The notes under the pieces are model-generated. The model saw only the letters and a list, made by a program, of their open reading frames with translations, made no database searches and was not told where the DNA came from. A DNA stretch of 64,000 bases, taken from sequence record PQ066597.1. One strand, given 5' to 3'. This document shows positions 5,769 through 14,100 of this stretch, piece by piece. Numbering within the stretch: position 1 is the stretch's first letter; every line of letters starts with the position of its first letter. The position numbers and the translations under genes were made by a program.

Positions 5769-6010
5769 GTGTACGCGCCCCAAGAGTGGCGCAGCGGCGT
5801 CAAACAATACGAGTCAAGGGTAAAGGTGATACCCTGTATTGTCACTAGACGAAAAGAGACCATATTGCCTCGATTATGGTCCCCGTTTTAAAGAGGGTGG
5901 TGTGACCTACCACTATCACAAGGTTGTTGTCTGACACCAAAGACAACGTTCGGCAACGGGGACTTTATCTTGCTTTGACTGGCTTGATATAGTCCCCGTT
6001 TTTCTTTTTA
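5769..6010 (+). ncRNA. structured element with terminator/antiterminator architecture
   Basis: Multiple hairpins; AACGGGGAC (5956-5964) can pair with GTCCCCGTT at either 5879-5887 or 5993-6001 (the latter followed by a T tract). Confidence 0.6.
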
Positions 6011-6027
6011 TTAACGGAGAATTTGAT

Positions 6028-6213
6028 ATGTTGACTGGAATTTTTATTGTGTATTTGATTGGTGTTCTGGTATTCATTACCGCATTTGGGATTACCGATC
6101 ATCAAGACCGAGAAGAGGATAGGACCCCTACTTTTAAAGAAGTTATGGATTATCTTTCTGTATCAGCAATTTGGCCCGTTTTGATTGCTATGTCGATTAT
6201 TCGTAGTCTTTAA
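6028..6213 (+). CDS. small membrane protein
   Basis: Two hydrophobic segments; GGAGA RBS. Confidence 0.7.
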   Translation: MLTGIFIVYLIGVLVFITAFGITDHQDREEDRTPTFKEVMDYLSVSAIWPVLIAMSIIRSL

Positions 6214-6216
6214 TCC

Positions 6217-6223
6217 CTAAATA
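6217..6223 (+). promoter_or_regulatory. late promoter (CTAAATA)
   Basis: Variant of T4 TATAAATA; recurs before late-type genes at 7770, 8664, 9516, 15113(-), 15843(-). Confidence 0.65.
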
Positions 6224-6252
6224 TGTTCATATCAACTATAGGAGAGTTTTAA

Positions 6253-6462
6253 ATGGCTAAGAATATTCATGAGAAAAGTCATGCCCGTGAGGGTCGTGGT
6301 GGTGCCAATGGTGGTAATGAAAAATGGTATAACTCCAAACTGTGGGAAAACGTAGAAGCCAAACAGGTTAGTCTGGATGCAAAGCCGGATGAACTGTTGA
6401 AAGAGAAAGAAGGTGAAGACCTTCGAGCAAAACAGCGTCGTATGTTCGCGATGGCTTATTAA
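6253..6462 (+). CDS. hypothetical protein (late)
   Basis: ORF track; GGAGAG RBS; late promoter upstream. Confidence 0.75.
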   Translation: MAKNIHEKSHAREGRGGANGGNEKWYNSKLWENVEAKQVSLDAKPDELLKEKEGEDLRAKQRRMFAMAY

Positions 6463-6490
6463 AATAAACTAATAAGAAGGTAAAACAGAT

Positions 6491-7045
6491 ATGATGATAT
6501 CGCCAAACAGTTTCTTTAGAGACGAATATGTTAGTATGGTAAACAAAAAATTAAAATTATTTAAAAGTTCCGAATATCTAGACAGGAGTCGATTGATGAT
6601 ATCTCCTGATGCATTCCAACAAGAGTTGGGGACTATATGCTTGGATATGGGAAGACAAACAGGAAAAACATCTGCTGCTATTATGTTGTTAGAAGAACAT
6701 AAAGACGCTTTGTATGTTGTTCACAACCATCCTACTATCAGATCTATATTGTCGGTGGCACCACATTTAAAAGACCAAGTGTTGTCAATTAGCGACTTTG
6801 TTAATAGGTTTTATTCTCGTGGTACATACAATCATGTTATTCATGGAAGTAGGATTGAAAAATATAGTATGATCATTATTGATGAACCTTATTTCACATG
6901 TACCAATGGTCAGAGACAATTCACTAATCGTAGTAGTTGTTCATATCACTTGGATGGTGGTAAACAAATAAATACCACATACGGTCTAATTAGTTATGCC
7001 GCATTCAGGATGGAATCATTAATCGTTAAATTAGGAATGCAATGA
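6491..7045 (+). CDS. P-loop NTPase-like protein
   Basis: Walker A DMGRQTGKTS; Walker B-like IIIDEP. Confidence 0.65.
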   Translation: MMISPNSFFRDEYVSMVNKKLKLFKSSEYLDRSRLMISPDAFQQELGTICLDMGRQTGKTSAAIMLLEEHKDALYVVHNHPTIRSILSVAPHLKDQVLSISDFVNRFYSRGTYNHVIHGSRIEKYSMIIIDEPYFTCTNGQRQFTNRSSCSYHLDGGKQINTTYGLISYAAFRMESLIVKLGMQ

Positions 7046-7443
7046 AAATAGCTTATAAATATGATATGAAACGAATCTCAGATAGAGTATCTAGATTTGT
7101 GACTCTTGGATTAAAGACGGTTGCAAAGATCCACTATCTCCATCTTACAACCAACAATTATGCGCTCCATATGGCACTTGATGAGTTCTATAAGGAATTC
7201 CCAGATGACTACCTAGATTCGGTTGCAGAGAGCGCCTTGGCTAACGACATCGAGTTGGTATACAACCACTTCGAAGTTGCGTCAGACGACGCTCTGGGTG
7301 TGTTACAGGGGCTTTACGACAACGGCTCTGAGTTGGCTGAGTTACTTGATGGAAAACCAGAGTTCAAAGGAACCCTAAACGCACTTGAGGATTCGTTGGA
7401 ATTCATCAAGTTGGTGATCTACAAGGTAAAACGTTTCAAATAA
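7042..7443 (+). CDS. ferritin/Dps-like helical protein
   Basis: HYLH...YALHMALDEFY...D-x-x-AE pattern. Confidence 0.55.
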   Translation: MKIAYKYDMKRISDRVSRFVTLGLKTVAKIHYLHLTTNNYALHMALDEFYKEFPDDYLDSVAESALANDIELVYNHFEVASDDALGVLQGLYDNGSELAELLDGKPEFKGTLNALEDSLEFIKLVIYKVKRFK

Positions 7444-7459
7444 AAACATCCCCTGTCTA

Positions 7460-7488
7460 TTGACGGGGGATTTTCGTTTGTGTATAGT
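7460..7488 (+). promoter_or_regulatory. sigma70-type promoter overlapping upstream terminator hairpin
   Basis: TTGACG-N17-TATAGT with TGn; hairpin ATCCCC..GTC/GACGGGGGAT. Confidence 0.7.
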
Positions 7489-7521
7489 GAAGAAACTATA
7501 AGAATAAAAAGGAATAAAAAG

Positions 7522-7773
7522 ATGTACGATGTAAAACGTGTTATTGAAATCTGCGAAGAAGCTTACGAAAAGGTAGAGGTTGTTGATATGGGTAACTATA
7601 CCAAGATCAAAACTTTCTATACTAAAGCTTGCTTTATTGATGAACCATGTGAAATGGTATGTGAATATATTGTTGGTGTTATGGAATCCGGTATTGTTGT
7701 TACTAGATTCAAAGACAAACGGATGATGGTATTCAAGACGATTGAAGAGTTTTCTTATTGGGTAGATGCCTAA
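7522..7773 (+). CDS. hypothetical protein
   Basis: ORF track 7480-7773; ATG 7522 lies downstream of the promoter and AAGGA RBS. Confidence 0.7.
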   Translation: MYDVKRVIEICEEAYEKVEVVDMGNYTKIKTFYTKACFIDEPCEMVCEYIVGVMESGIVVTRFKDKRMMVFKTIEEFSYWVDA

Positions 7774-7776
7774 ATA
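7770..7776 (+). promoter_or_regulatory. late promoter (CTAAATA)
   Basis: Upstream of the P-loop kinase gene. Confidence 0.65.
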
Positions 7777-7806
7777 CCAAGGTAATCAACCTATAGGAAA
7801 ATTAAA

Positions 7807-8658
7807 ATGAAAATGAAATTTAGTGAATTCGTTCAATTGGAAGAAAAATTGATGGTATTCGGAAAGAAGGCATATCCTAAGTTTAACAACGTCTTGATCT
7901 TGGCTGGTGGGGCCGGTTCAGGAAAGGGATTTGTTACTTCTAAACTAGTTGGTCTGGAAGGTATTACCCTAGACGTAGACCGTGTAAAAGAGCTTGCTAT
8001 GGCTTCCACAAAGCTCGCTGGACGCATTAAAGCAGAAACCGGGCACGATATATCCAAGTTTGACTTGAAGAAGCCAGAAAACGTTTCTACTCTGCATAGC
8101 CTTCTATCTGATGTATACAAGACAACCAAGAACATGGATAAACGTGTTTTTAATGGTGTATTGGCTGCACCAGAGGATCGTAAACCTAATTTGATCTTTG
8201 ACGTTACCCTTAAAGATATGGGTAAGATGGCTCAAATTGCAAAACAGGTTCGTGAACTAGGTTATAACAAGGAAAACGTTCATATCGTGTGGGTGATGAA
8301 TGATATCAACGTTGCTATGAAACAAAACGCCGAACGTTCCCGTACTGTACCGGTTGAAATTCTTGTTGCAACCCATGAGGGTGCAAGTATGACCTTCAAA
8401 AACCTAATGGCTATGGGTGAAGGTGCCCGGAGTTATGCCGATGGTGATTGGTATATTGCATTCAATAAAATTGGTGTTGACTCTTCTATTGCTAAATCTG
8501 GTAAAGGTGGTTCTTATGTTAAAGAAGCAAACTACATAAGAGTTAAACAACAGGGTAAAGCTCCGATGAAAGCAACTGAACTTGATAAACAGATTGTGAA
8601 TAAGATTTCTGATTATATTCCAAACCCAGAAACATGGGCTATGGTAATGAAGAAATAA
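7807..8658 (+). CDS. P-loop kinase (zeta-toxin/AAA_33-like) with capsid-targeting-like N-terminus
   Basis: Walker A AGGAGSGKG, NLIFDVT, NAERSRTVP lid; N-terminus MKMKFSEFVQLEE. Confidence 0.7.
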   Translation: MKMKFSEFVQLEEKLMVFGKKAYPKFNNVLILAGGAGSGKGFVTSKLVGLEGITLDVDRVKELAMASTKLAGRIKAETGHDISKFDLKKPENVSTLHSLLSDVYKTTKNMDKRVFNGVLAAPEDRKPNLIFDVTLKDMGKMAQIAKQVRELGYNKENVHIVWVMNDINVAMKQNAERSRTVPVEILVATHEGASMTFKNLMAMGEGARSYADGDWYIAFNKIGVDSSIAKSGKGGSYVKEANYIRVKQQGKAPMKATELDKQIVNKISDYIPNPETWAMVMKK

Positions 8659-8663
8659 AGGTA

Positions 8664-8691
8664 CTAAATAAAAGGGGCATAATGCCCCTTT
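8664..8691 (+). promoter_or_regulatory. late promoter CTAAATA plus hairpin/terminator
   Basis: CTAAATA 8664-8670; AAAGGGGCAT/ATGCCCCTTT 8671-8691. Confidence 0.6.
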
Positions 8692-8711
8692 ATCGTTTTG
8701 AGGTATTATAA

Positions 8712-9479
8712 ATGAAATTTTATTCTAAAGGTTCGTCTGTCACCTTGAGTTCAGAAATTACCACAGAAGGTGCAACCTATGTGTGGAAAAAGGGATCTAC
8801 CGTCATTTCCGGTAAAACAGAAAAAGACCTTATTCTTAGTTCTTTCGGTGCTTCTGATGTTGCCACTTATACAGTAACTGCAACGGTAGATACTACCGAC
8901 ACAGACACTGTTTTTGAAATCGGTATGGCTGAATTGGACCTTACACCACAACCACTACAGACCATTACCCTTGAGGAAGGTGATAGTTTTTCGTCTACTA
9001 TGACAGCAGTCGTTAAATTTACCCCGGATACTGCTGGTGATAACAAGTCTGATTTTACGATCAAATATCAATGGAAGAAAGGACCCATTAACGTATCCGG
9101 TGCAACTTCTGCGGTATTAACAAAAAGCAACGTCGTTGTTGCGGACTCTGGTAATTATCTGGTCGAAACGACTCTTATGGATAAAACTACTTCTGGGCAA
9201 ATGATTTCGACTAGAATGGTTGACCTAACCGTTATTACGAAGGTTCTTGAGTCTTTATGGAAAGTTATCCCTCTTGAGTATAGAGGAACTAGCTTTACTT
9301 GGATTGGGTACTGGGTTATTGACGAAATAAAGAAAAATCCATCTTGGTTTACAGACTATAGCTCTCTGAAATATAAAGACGAAATAGAAACTATAGTTAA
9401 AGCGTTTGATGAATATGGGGAAGTTGAACTTCAAGAATCCAGAAATGGTCGGATTCTAAAGGTAAGTGACTTAAAATAA
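8712..9479 (+). CDS. hoc: Hoc-like head outer capsid protein (Ig domains + capsid-binding domain)
   Basis: Two Ig-like repeats (Y-x-WKKG...D-x-G/A-x-Y) and C-terminal ESRNG motif of T4 Hoc. Confidence 0.85.
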   Translation: MKFYSKGSSVTLSSEITTEGATYVWKKGSTVISGKTEKDLILSSFGASDVATYTVTATVDTTDTDTVFEIGMAELDLTPQPLQTITLEEGDSFSSTMTAVVKFTPDTAGDNKSDFTIKYQWKKGPINVSGATSAVLTKSNVVVADSGNYLVETTLMDKTTSGQMISTRMVDLTVITKVLESLWKVIPLEYRGTSFTWIGYWVIDEIKKNPSWFTDYSSLKYKDEIETIVKAFDEYGEVELQESRNGRILKVSDLK

Positions 9480-9480
9480 A

Positions 9481-9502
9481 AAGAGCCTTCGGGCTCTTTT
9501 TT
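9481..9502 (+). terminator. UUCG-loop terminator
   Basis: AAGAGCC-TTCG-GGCTCTT followed by T tract. Confidence 0.85.
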
Positions 9503-9515
9503 CATTTCCTAATCT

Positions 9516-9522
9516 CTAAATA
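9516..9522 (+). promoter_or_regulatory. late promoter (CTAAATA)
   Basis: Upstream of the ParB-like gene. Confidence 0.65.
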
Positions 9523-9544
9523 TGTTATATTAAGGAGAATTGAA

Positions 9545-9961
9545 ATGAAATATGAAAACAGTAAAGGTATAGATAGACAAAATATGCCTCAAATTGCAGC
9601 CGAGAACGTCCCCGGATTTTTGGATTGGTGTACAACAAACGGGGTTGGGTTTATTAAGGAAAGGGTTAAAGTAAAGACTTTACTTCCGACTCAATCAGAG
9701 TATAATGAAGAAAAAGTGGAAAAGATGAGAAGTGCACCATATAGTGTGTTATCAAAACCTATTGTTGTTTCTGATGATAACTACATTCTAGACGGACACC
9801 ATCGGTATAGTGCATTGTTAGCCAATGATGGTGATAACCTGATTGAAATATATCGGGTTCGTTGTGATATTGTGGATCTATTGATTGCGGCTCATAAGTT
9901 TCCATTAACATTTTATAAAGGGCTCAAAGAGAGTCGTAAAAAGTTTTCTGATTTTATCTGA
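9545..9961 (+). CDS. ParB/sulfiredoxin-like N-terminal domain protein
   Basis: LLPTQ and PIVVS..NYILDGHHRY motifs. Confidence 0.75.
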   Translation: MKYENSKGIDRQNMPQIAAENVPGFLDWCTTNGVGFIKERVKVKTLLPTQSEYNEEKVEKMRSAPYSVLSKPIVVSDDNYILDGHHRYSALLANDGDNLIEIYRVRCDIVDLLIAAHKFPLTFYKGLKESRKKFSDFI

Positions 9962-9969
9962 GGTATGAT

Positions 9970-10545
9970 ATGTCTAGTTTGCATTTCCATCATTCCGCAA
10001 TGAATGCGGGAAAGAGTTCTCATTTATTGCAAGTTGCTTATAATTATGAAGAACGAGGAATGGGAGTTTTAGTTTTAAAACCTTGCATTGATACTCGTGA
10101 TGGGGAAATGGTTTCTTCACGATTGGGGGTTTCTCGTCCATCAATTATGTTTTCTGATAAGGAGAATTTAACTGATCTTTATTTGAGTTATAAGATCGGA
10201 AAGAAAATAGATTGTATTCTTATCGATGAAGCCCAATTTATGACGGTCGAACAAGTAAAGCAACTGGCTTTTATTGTTGATAACTACGATGTTCCTGTTA
10301 TGTGTTATGGTCTTATGTCTGACTCCAATGGAGAGATGTTTGATGCAAGTCGTCAACTTGTGGTTATGGCTGAACAAATTGTGGAACATAAAACAATTTG
10401 TTGGTGTGGTTCTAAAGCAACAATGAACCTTCGTGTTGATGAGAACGGTAAAAAAGTTATTGGTGATCAGGTTTGTATTGGTGGAAACGATAGATATATT
10501 TCTGTTTGTCGTAAACACTGGGTTGCTGGTATGAGTGGAAAATAA
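9970..10545 (+). CDS. tk: thymidine kinase
   Basis: SAMNAGKS Walker A, ILIDEAQF, CYGL, C-x-CG and GGNDRYISVCRKH Zn motifs. Confidence 0.95.
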   Translation: MSSLHFHHSAMNAGKSSHLLQVAYNYEERGMGVLVLKPCIDTRDGEMVSSRLGVSRPSIMFSDKENLTDLYLSYKIGKKIDCILIDEAQFMTVEQVKQLAFIVDNYDVPVMCYGLMSDSNGEMFDASRQLVVMAEQIVEHKTICWCGSKATMNLRVDENGKKVIGDQVCIGGNDRYISVCRKHWVAGMSGK

Positions 10546-10573
10546 AAAGGGATCCCGATATGGGATCCCTTTT
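10545..10573. terminator. bidirectional terminator between convergent tk and e
   Basis: AAAAGGGATCCC/GGGATCCCTTTT. Confidence 0.85.
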
Positions 10574-10576
10574 GTT

Positions 10577-11077
10577 TTATGCGAATGGATAACCTTTGTA
10601 AGTACCAGTCTCAATAACGTCTGTAACTCTCTTAGCGCGATTTGGCGTTTGTCTCGCCCAAGCACTAGCAAGCCCATGTTTCTTGGCTTCTGCCCAGTTC
10701 TTGGAGCGCATAGCGCGAAGCATTGATGGGAAACCATTTACACCTTTAGCCCCCATCTGAAAAACCATATTTTCCAATGCGGTTTTTCTGACTTCATCTA
10801 ATCCAACATATGTAGACCATAAATCGACATACCCTTTCATAGAATTTCTAACTACCTCAAGGTCTTTAGCAAAAAGTTGACTTTCTTCTGATTGAGTAAT
10901 CTTACCGTCGGTAATAACCCTCCCAACATGGGAACTTAACTCACGGTTAATTTCCCCCATATCTTTCGTACGAAGTTTCTTTATTAAATGACCAATACCG
11001 ATAGTCGGATATCCTTCGGTATCCCAATAAACAGTAAGCTTCGAACCCTCGTCGAATTTAAGCATTTTTTCTAACAT
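10577..11077 (-). CDS. e: T4-type lysozyme (endolysin)
   Basis: DEG..L.VYWDTEGYPTIGIGH; ENMVFQMG; WARQTPNRAKRV. Confidence 0.93.
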   Translation of the reverse strand: MLEKMLKFDEGSKLTVYWDTEGYPTIGIGHLIKKLRTKDMGEINRELSSHVGRVITDGKITQSEESQLFAKDLEVVRNSMKGYVDLWSTYVGLDEVRKTALENMVFQMGAKGVNGFPSMLRAMRSKNWAEAKKHGLASAWARQTPNRAKRVTDVIETGTYKGYPFA

Positions 11078-11099
11078 ATAATATTCTCTCTAAAATTAT

Positions 11100-11117
11100 G
11101 GACTCCCGAAGGAGTCC
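11100..11117 (-). terminator. UUCG hairpin between tail fibre and lysozyme (weak U tract)
   Basis: GGACTCC-TTCG-GGAGTCC on - strand. Confidence 0.55.
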
Positions 11118-11123
11118 AAATTA

Positions 11124-14100
11124 TTAAGTTATCCGCTGTGCCAATGTTACGTTCCAAGAACCCCAACCGTCGCCGTTTTGGGAATTTGCTCTAGAAACAC
11201 CCATCAGACGCCATGTACCATAGTTACAAGCAACCATATTAGTACCTTCCGCGTTCGAGAATGCAATCTGAGTACCTTGGAGAACAGTCCCCGGACCTTG
11301 TGGACCAAGGTTGGATTTGACTGTGACCATCGCATATGAACCAATATCCATATTGCCGCCGCCATTGACGACTGATCTCAGTATTACACCATCTGGAATT
11401 GGGTTACTTGGTGAATAAACTCGTTGACCTACGTCGTGAACACCACCATTAGCGTTAACAGAACCTGCTATTCCGGTATTACCATTGTTATCAATAGACA
11501 TTCTGAGTTTAGTTTCACCACCGGCACCATTACTTGATGTAAATCGAAGTTGACCGTCTGTGTTCATGTAAATCATTGTTGCCCAAAATCCGGGACGATG
11601 AAATTCTAGTCTGTTATTATTATTGCTAATGATAGAGGCATAACCACTATTAACACCTACAGATCCACCAACCTCAATGTTTCCATTAACACTTAGGGAA
11701 CCAGACATTGTTCCGCTGGTTGTGTTGAAACCAGTACTCATAGTAACCACACCGTTCGAACCTATCATAAATGGTTGGAGATTCCATACACCATCTTGAT
11801 AACGATGGATACCAAGGTTACCATTAGATAGATCCATACCCATCCCCCAAGACAAACCTTGTTTGTTTTCGAACGGGGTGAATATCAGACCAGCATTATT
11901 GATAACCCGGAAAGATGGTGCAGCAATTCTGTCTTGGTTAGCAATAATCTCGCCATCATTAAACGTCATTACACGTATGTTTGCAGTGTCTCCAGATCTT
12001 CTTACATATATGTATGGGTTTATACCAGAAGATTCTTGTGCTCCAAGCCCAAATACCCTAGTACCATCTGCACCACTTACAAACATTGCAGTTCTTGCAC
12101 TCAATTGGTTTTGTAATTCTGTTACTGTTGTGCTAACTTGTATTATCTGGTTTTCACCTGAGTTACCATGTTTTAGTTTAAATGTGTTTCCTTCTGCTAA
12201 TATATGAAATCTAGCATTAGAACCATCTTGAAAACTAATCGATGCACCATTATTAATCATAACAGCATTCTTTATGGTTGCAGTAGTTACCGTTCCAGTT
12301 AGAGTACCACCAGACAGATTTAATTTAGTATTAAGTAAATTATCTGTTTCAGTTTTTGTGTATGCATTAAAATCACCAGCAGTAGGTTTATTACCAGTGT
12401 GATATATGGTGTAATCGTTACTTCCAATCCTTACCATTGGGTTATTTTTGCTTTCAAGATATACAGTACCAGTCTTAGCAGCCAGATATATATTGTTGCT
12501 CGCGGCGTTGATATATTCATCTGTTGCATCCCAACGAATTGCACCAGTCATGATACCACCAGACAGATTAAGCTTTTTGTTAAGCTCTGTGTTTATCTGT
12601 GCAGTTGTTAATGTACCAACATCAGCGGCGGACGGTTTGTTCCCAACATGATAGATATCATAATCTGTGTTATTAACTCTAACCTTTGGATTAATAGTAC
12701 CAGAAGCTAATGTTAAACCAGATGGAGAACGTTCTATATAGTAATCAGACCCACTACCAAGAGTCAATCTAGTTGTGTTACCAGAGTTAAATCTAACGTC
12801 GCCGGTTACAGTACCACCAGTTAAAGACAAAGCTCCAACGTCTGCGGAAGTAGGTTTAAACTCTTCGTTATAATCACGATACCATGGTTTCCATGCACCC
12901 GTATTATATTGAGCACGAGACCAAACCTCGGATGAGTTATATACCCAATATTTTTGAATTACACCAGCAGAAGTAGTAACAATCAAGTTTCCGGCTTTTT
13001 CAACTGGATAGTTCAAACTAGTTAATGCTTTAGCGTTAGCAACTTGGCTATATATACCAGCGGTTTTAATATCGTTGAGGTTATCTGTATCTCTCAGTGT
13101 GATAATAGAACTAAAACCACCAAGAGCAACACCATCAACATAAGCCTTGTTTGTTAAATGCATTGCTAATGTTGGTGCTTGGTTATTTGAAATAGTACCA
13201 TTTGGATTAAAGACAGTTTCCCCAGTTACCGTTCCCGAACCATTTGGACGAACCACAACACCAGATGAACCACCCCCAATAATTGTTCTATTATCTAAGT
13301 AGATTCCTTGGCTTGCATTACCGGAATATTGAAGTGCATAACCAGATGTAGTTGCAATAAACTTCTCTGCATTTACATTACCATTTTCGATTTGTACTTT
13401 CTTACCAGCATGGGTGAATTCAGCACCAACATCTCTACTTATTCTTAGTGTACTAGTATCAGCAGTCGAACCATCAGACCCTCTGCGATACCTAGAAGCT
13501 AAGAACAAAGTACCTTCATATTCACCGGAGGTGGATGTGTTGGTGGCTTGACCTATAATTCTAGATAATTGGTCGCCAGTATGAGGATCATATCTATTTG
13601 TAGAACCAGCTCTAAAGCTAATTTCTCCAATAGTATATGGAATACCAACAGCAACTCCATCGCGATATTTTTCCTTGGTATAAGATACGTAAGGATAAAC
13701 ACTATCGTCATTAGTAGAGTTGTTGTGTCTCAGAATACCAGTTCTGTATGTGTTTACCTGTTCCCACACACCAGATGGTAACCATGGTTGCCAACCTTCA
13801 ACTGCGTTGATCCATACCCTTGTAAACTCTCTTGGTTCTACGAATCCACCAACAGTCACCCAATTACTGAATTTCTGAATTGTTAGGTTGTCAATAGAAC
13901 GTTGTTTAACTTCTACAATACCAGTATGAGCGGTTGCGGTTGTGGTATTATCTGTTCCATTAGACCAGTTGCCATCAACGGTAAACACCCCATTAGTCTT
14001 AATTAGATTAAAGTCACGAACACCACCAGTTACAGTGATTGCGTTGGGGCTATCACCAACACCAAGACCCATACCACCCACCGGCTGTTTGTTCAGAGAG

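Noticed and set aside
5890-5910. T-box-like AAAGAGGGTGGT
   Set aside because: Lacks the conserved ACC after UGGN and no specifier stem I was recognised.
162-10737. - strand ORFs opposite tRNAs and + strand genes (e.g. 1785-2063, 3940-4197, 4295-4558, 7833-8135, 10168-10737)
   Set aside because: Antisense shadows of tRNAs or real genes.
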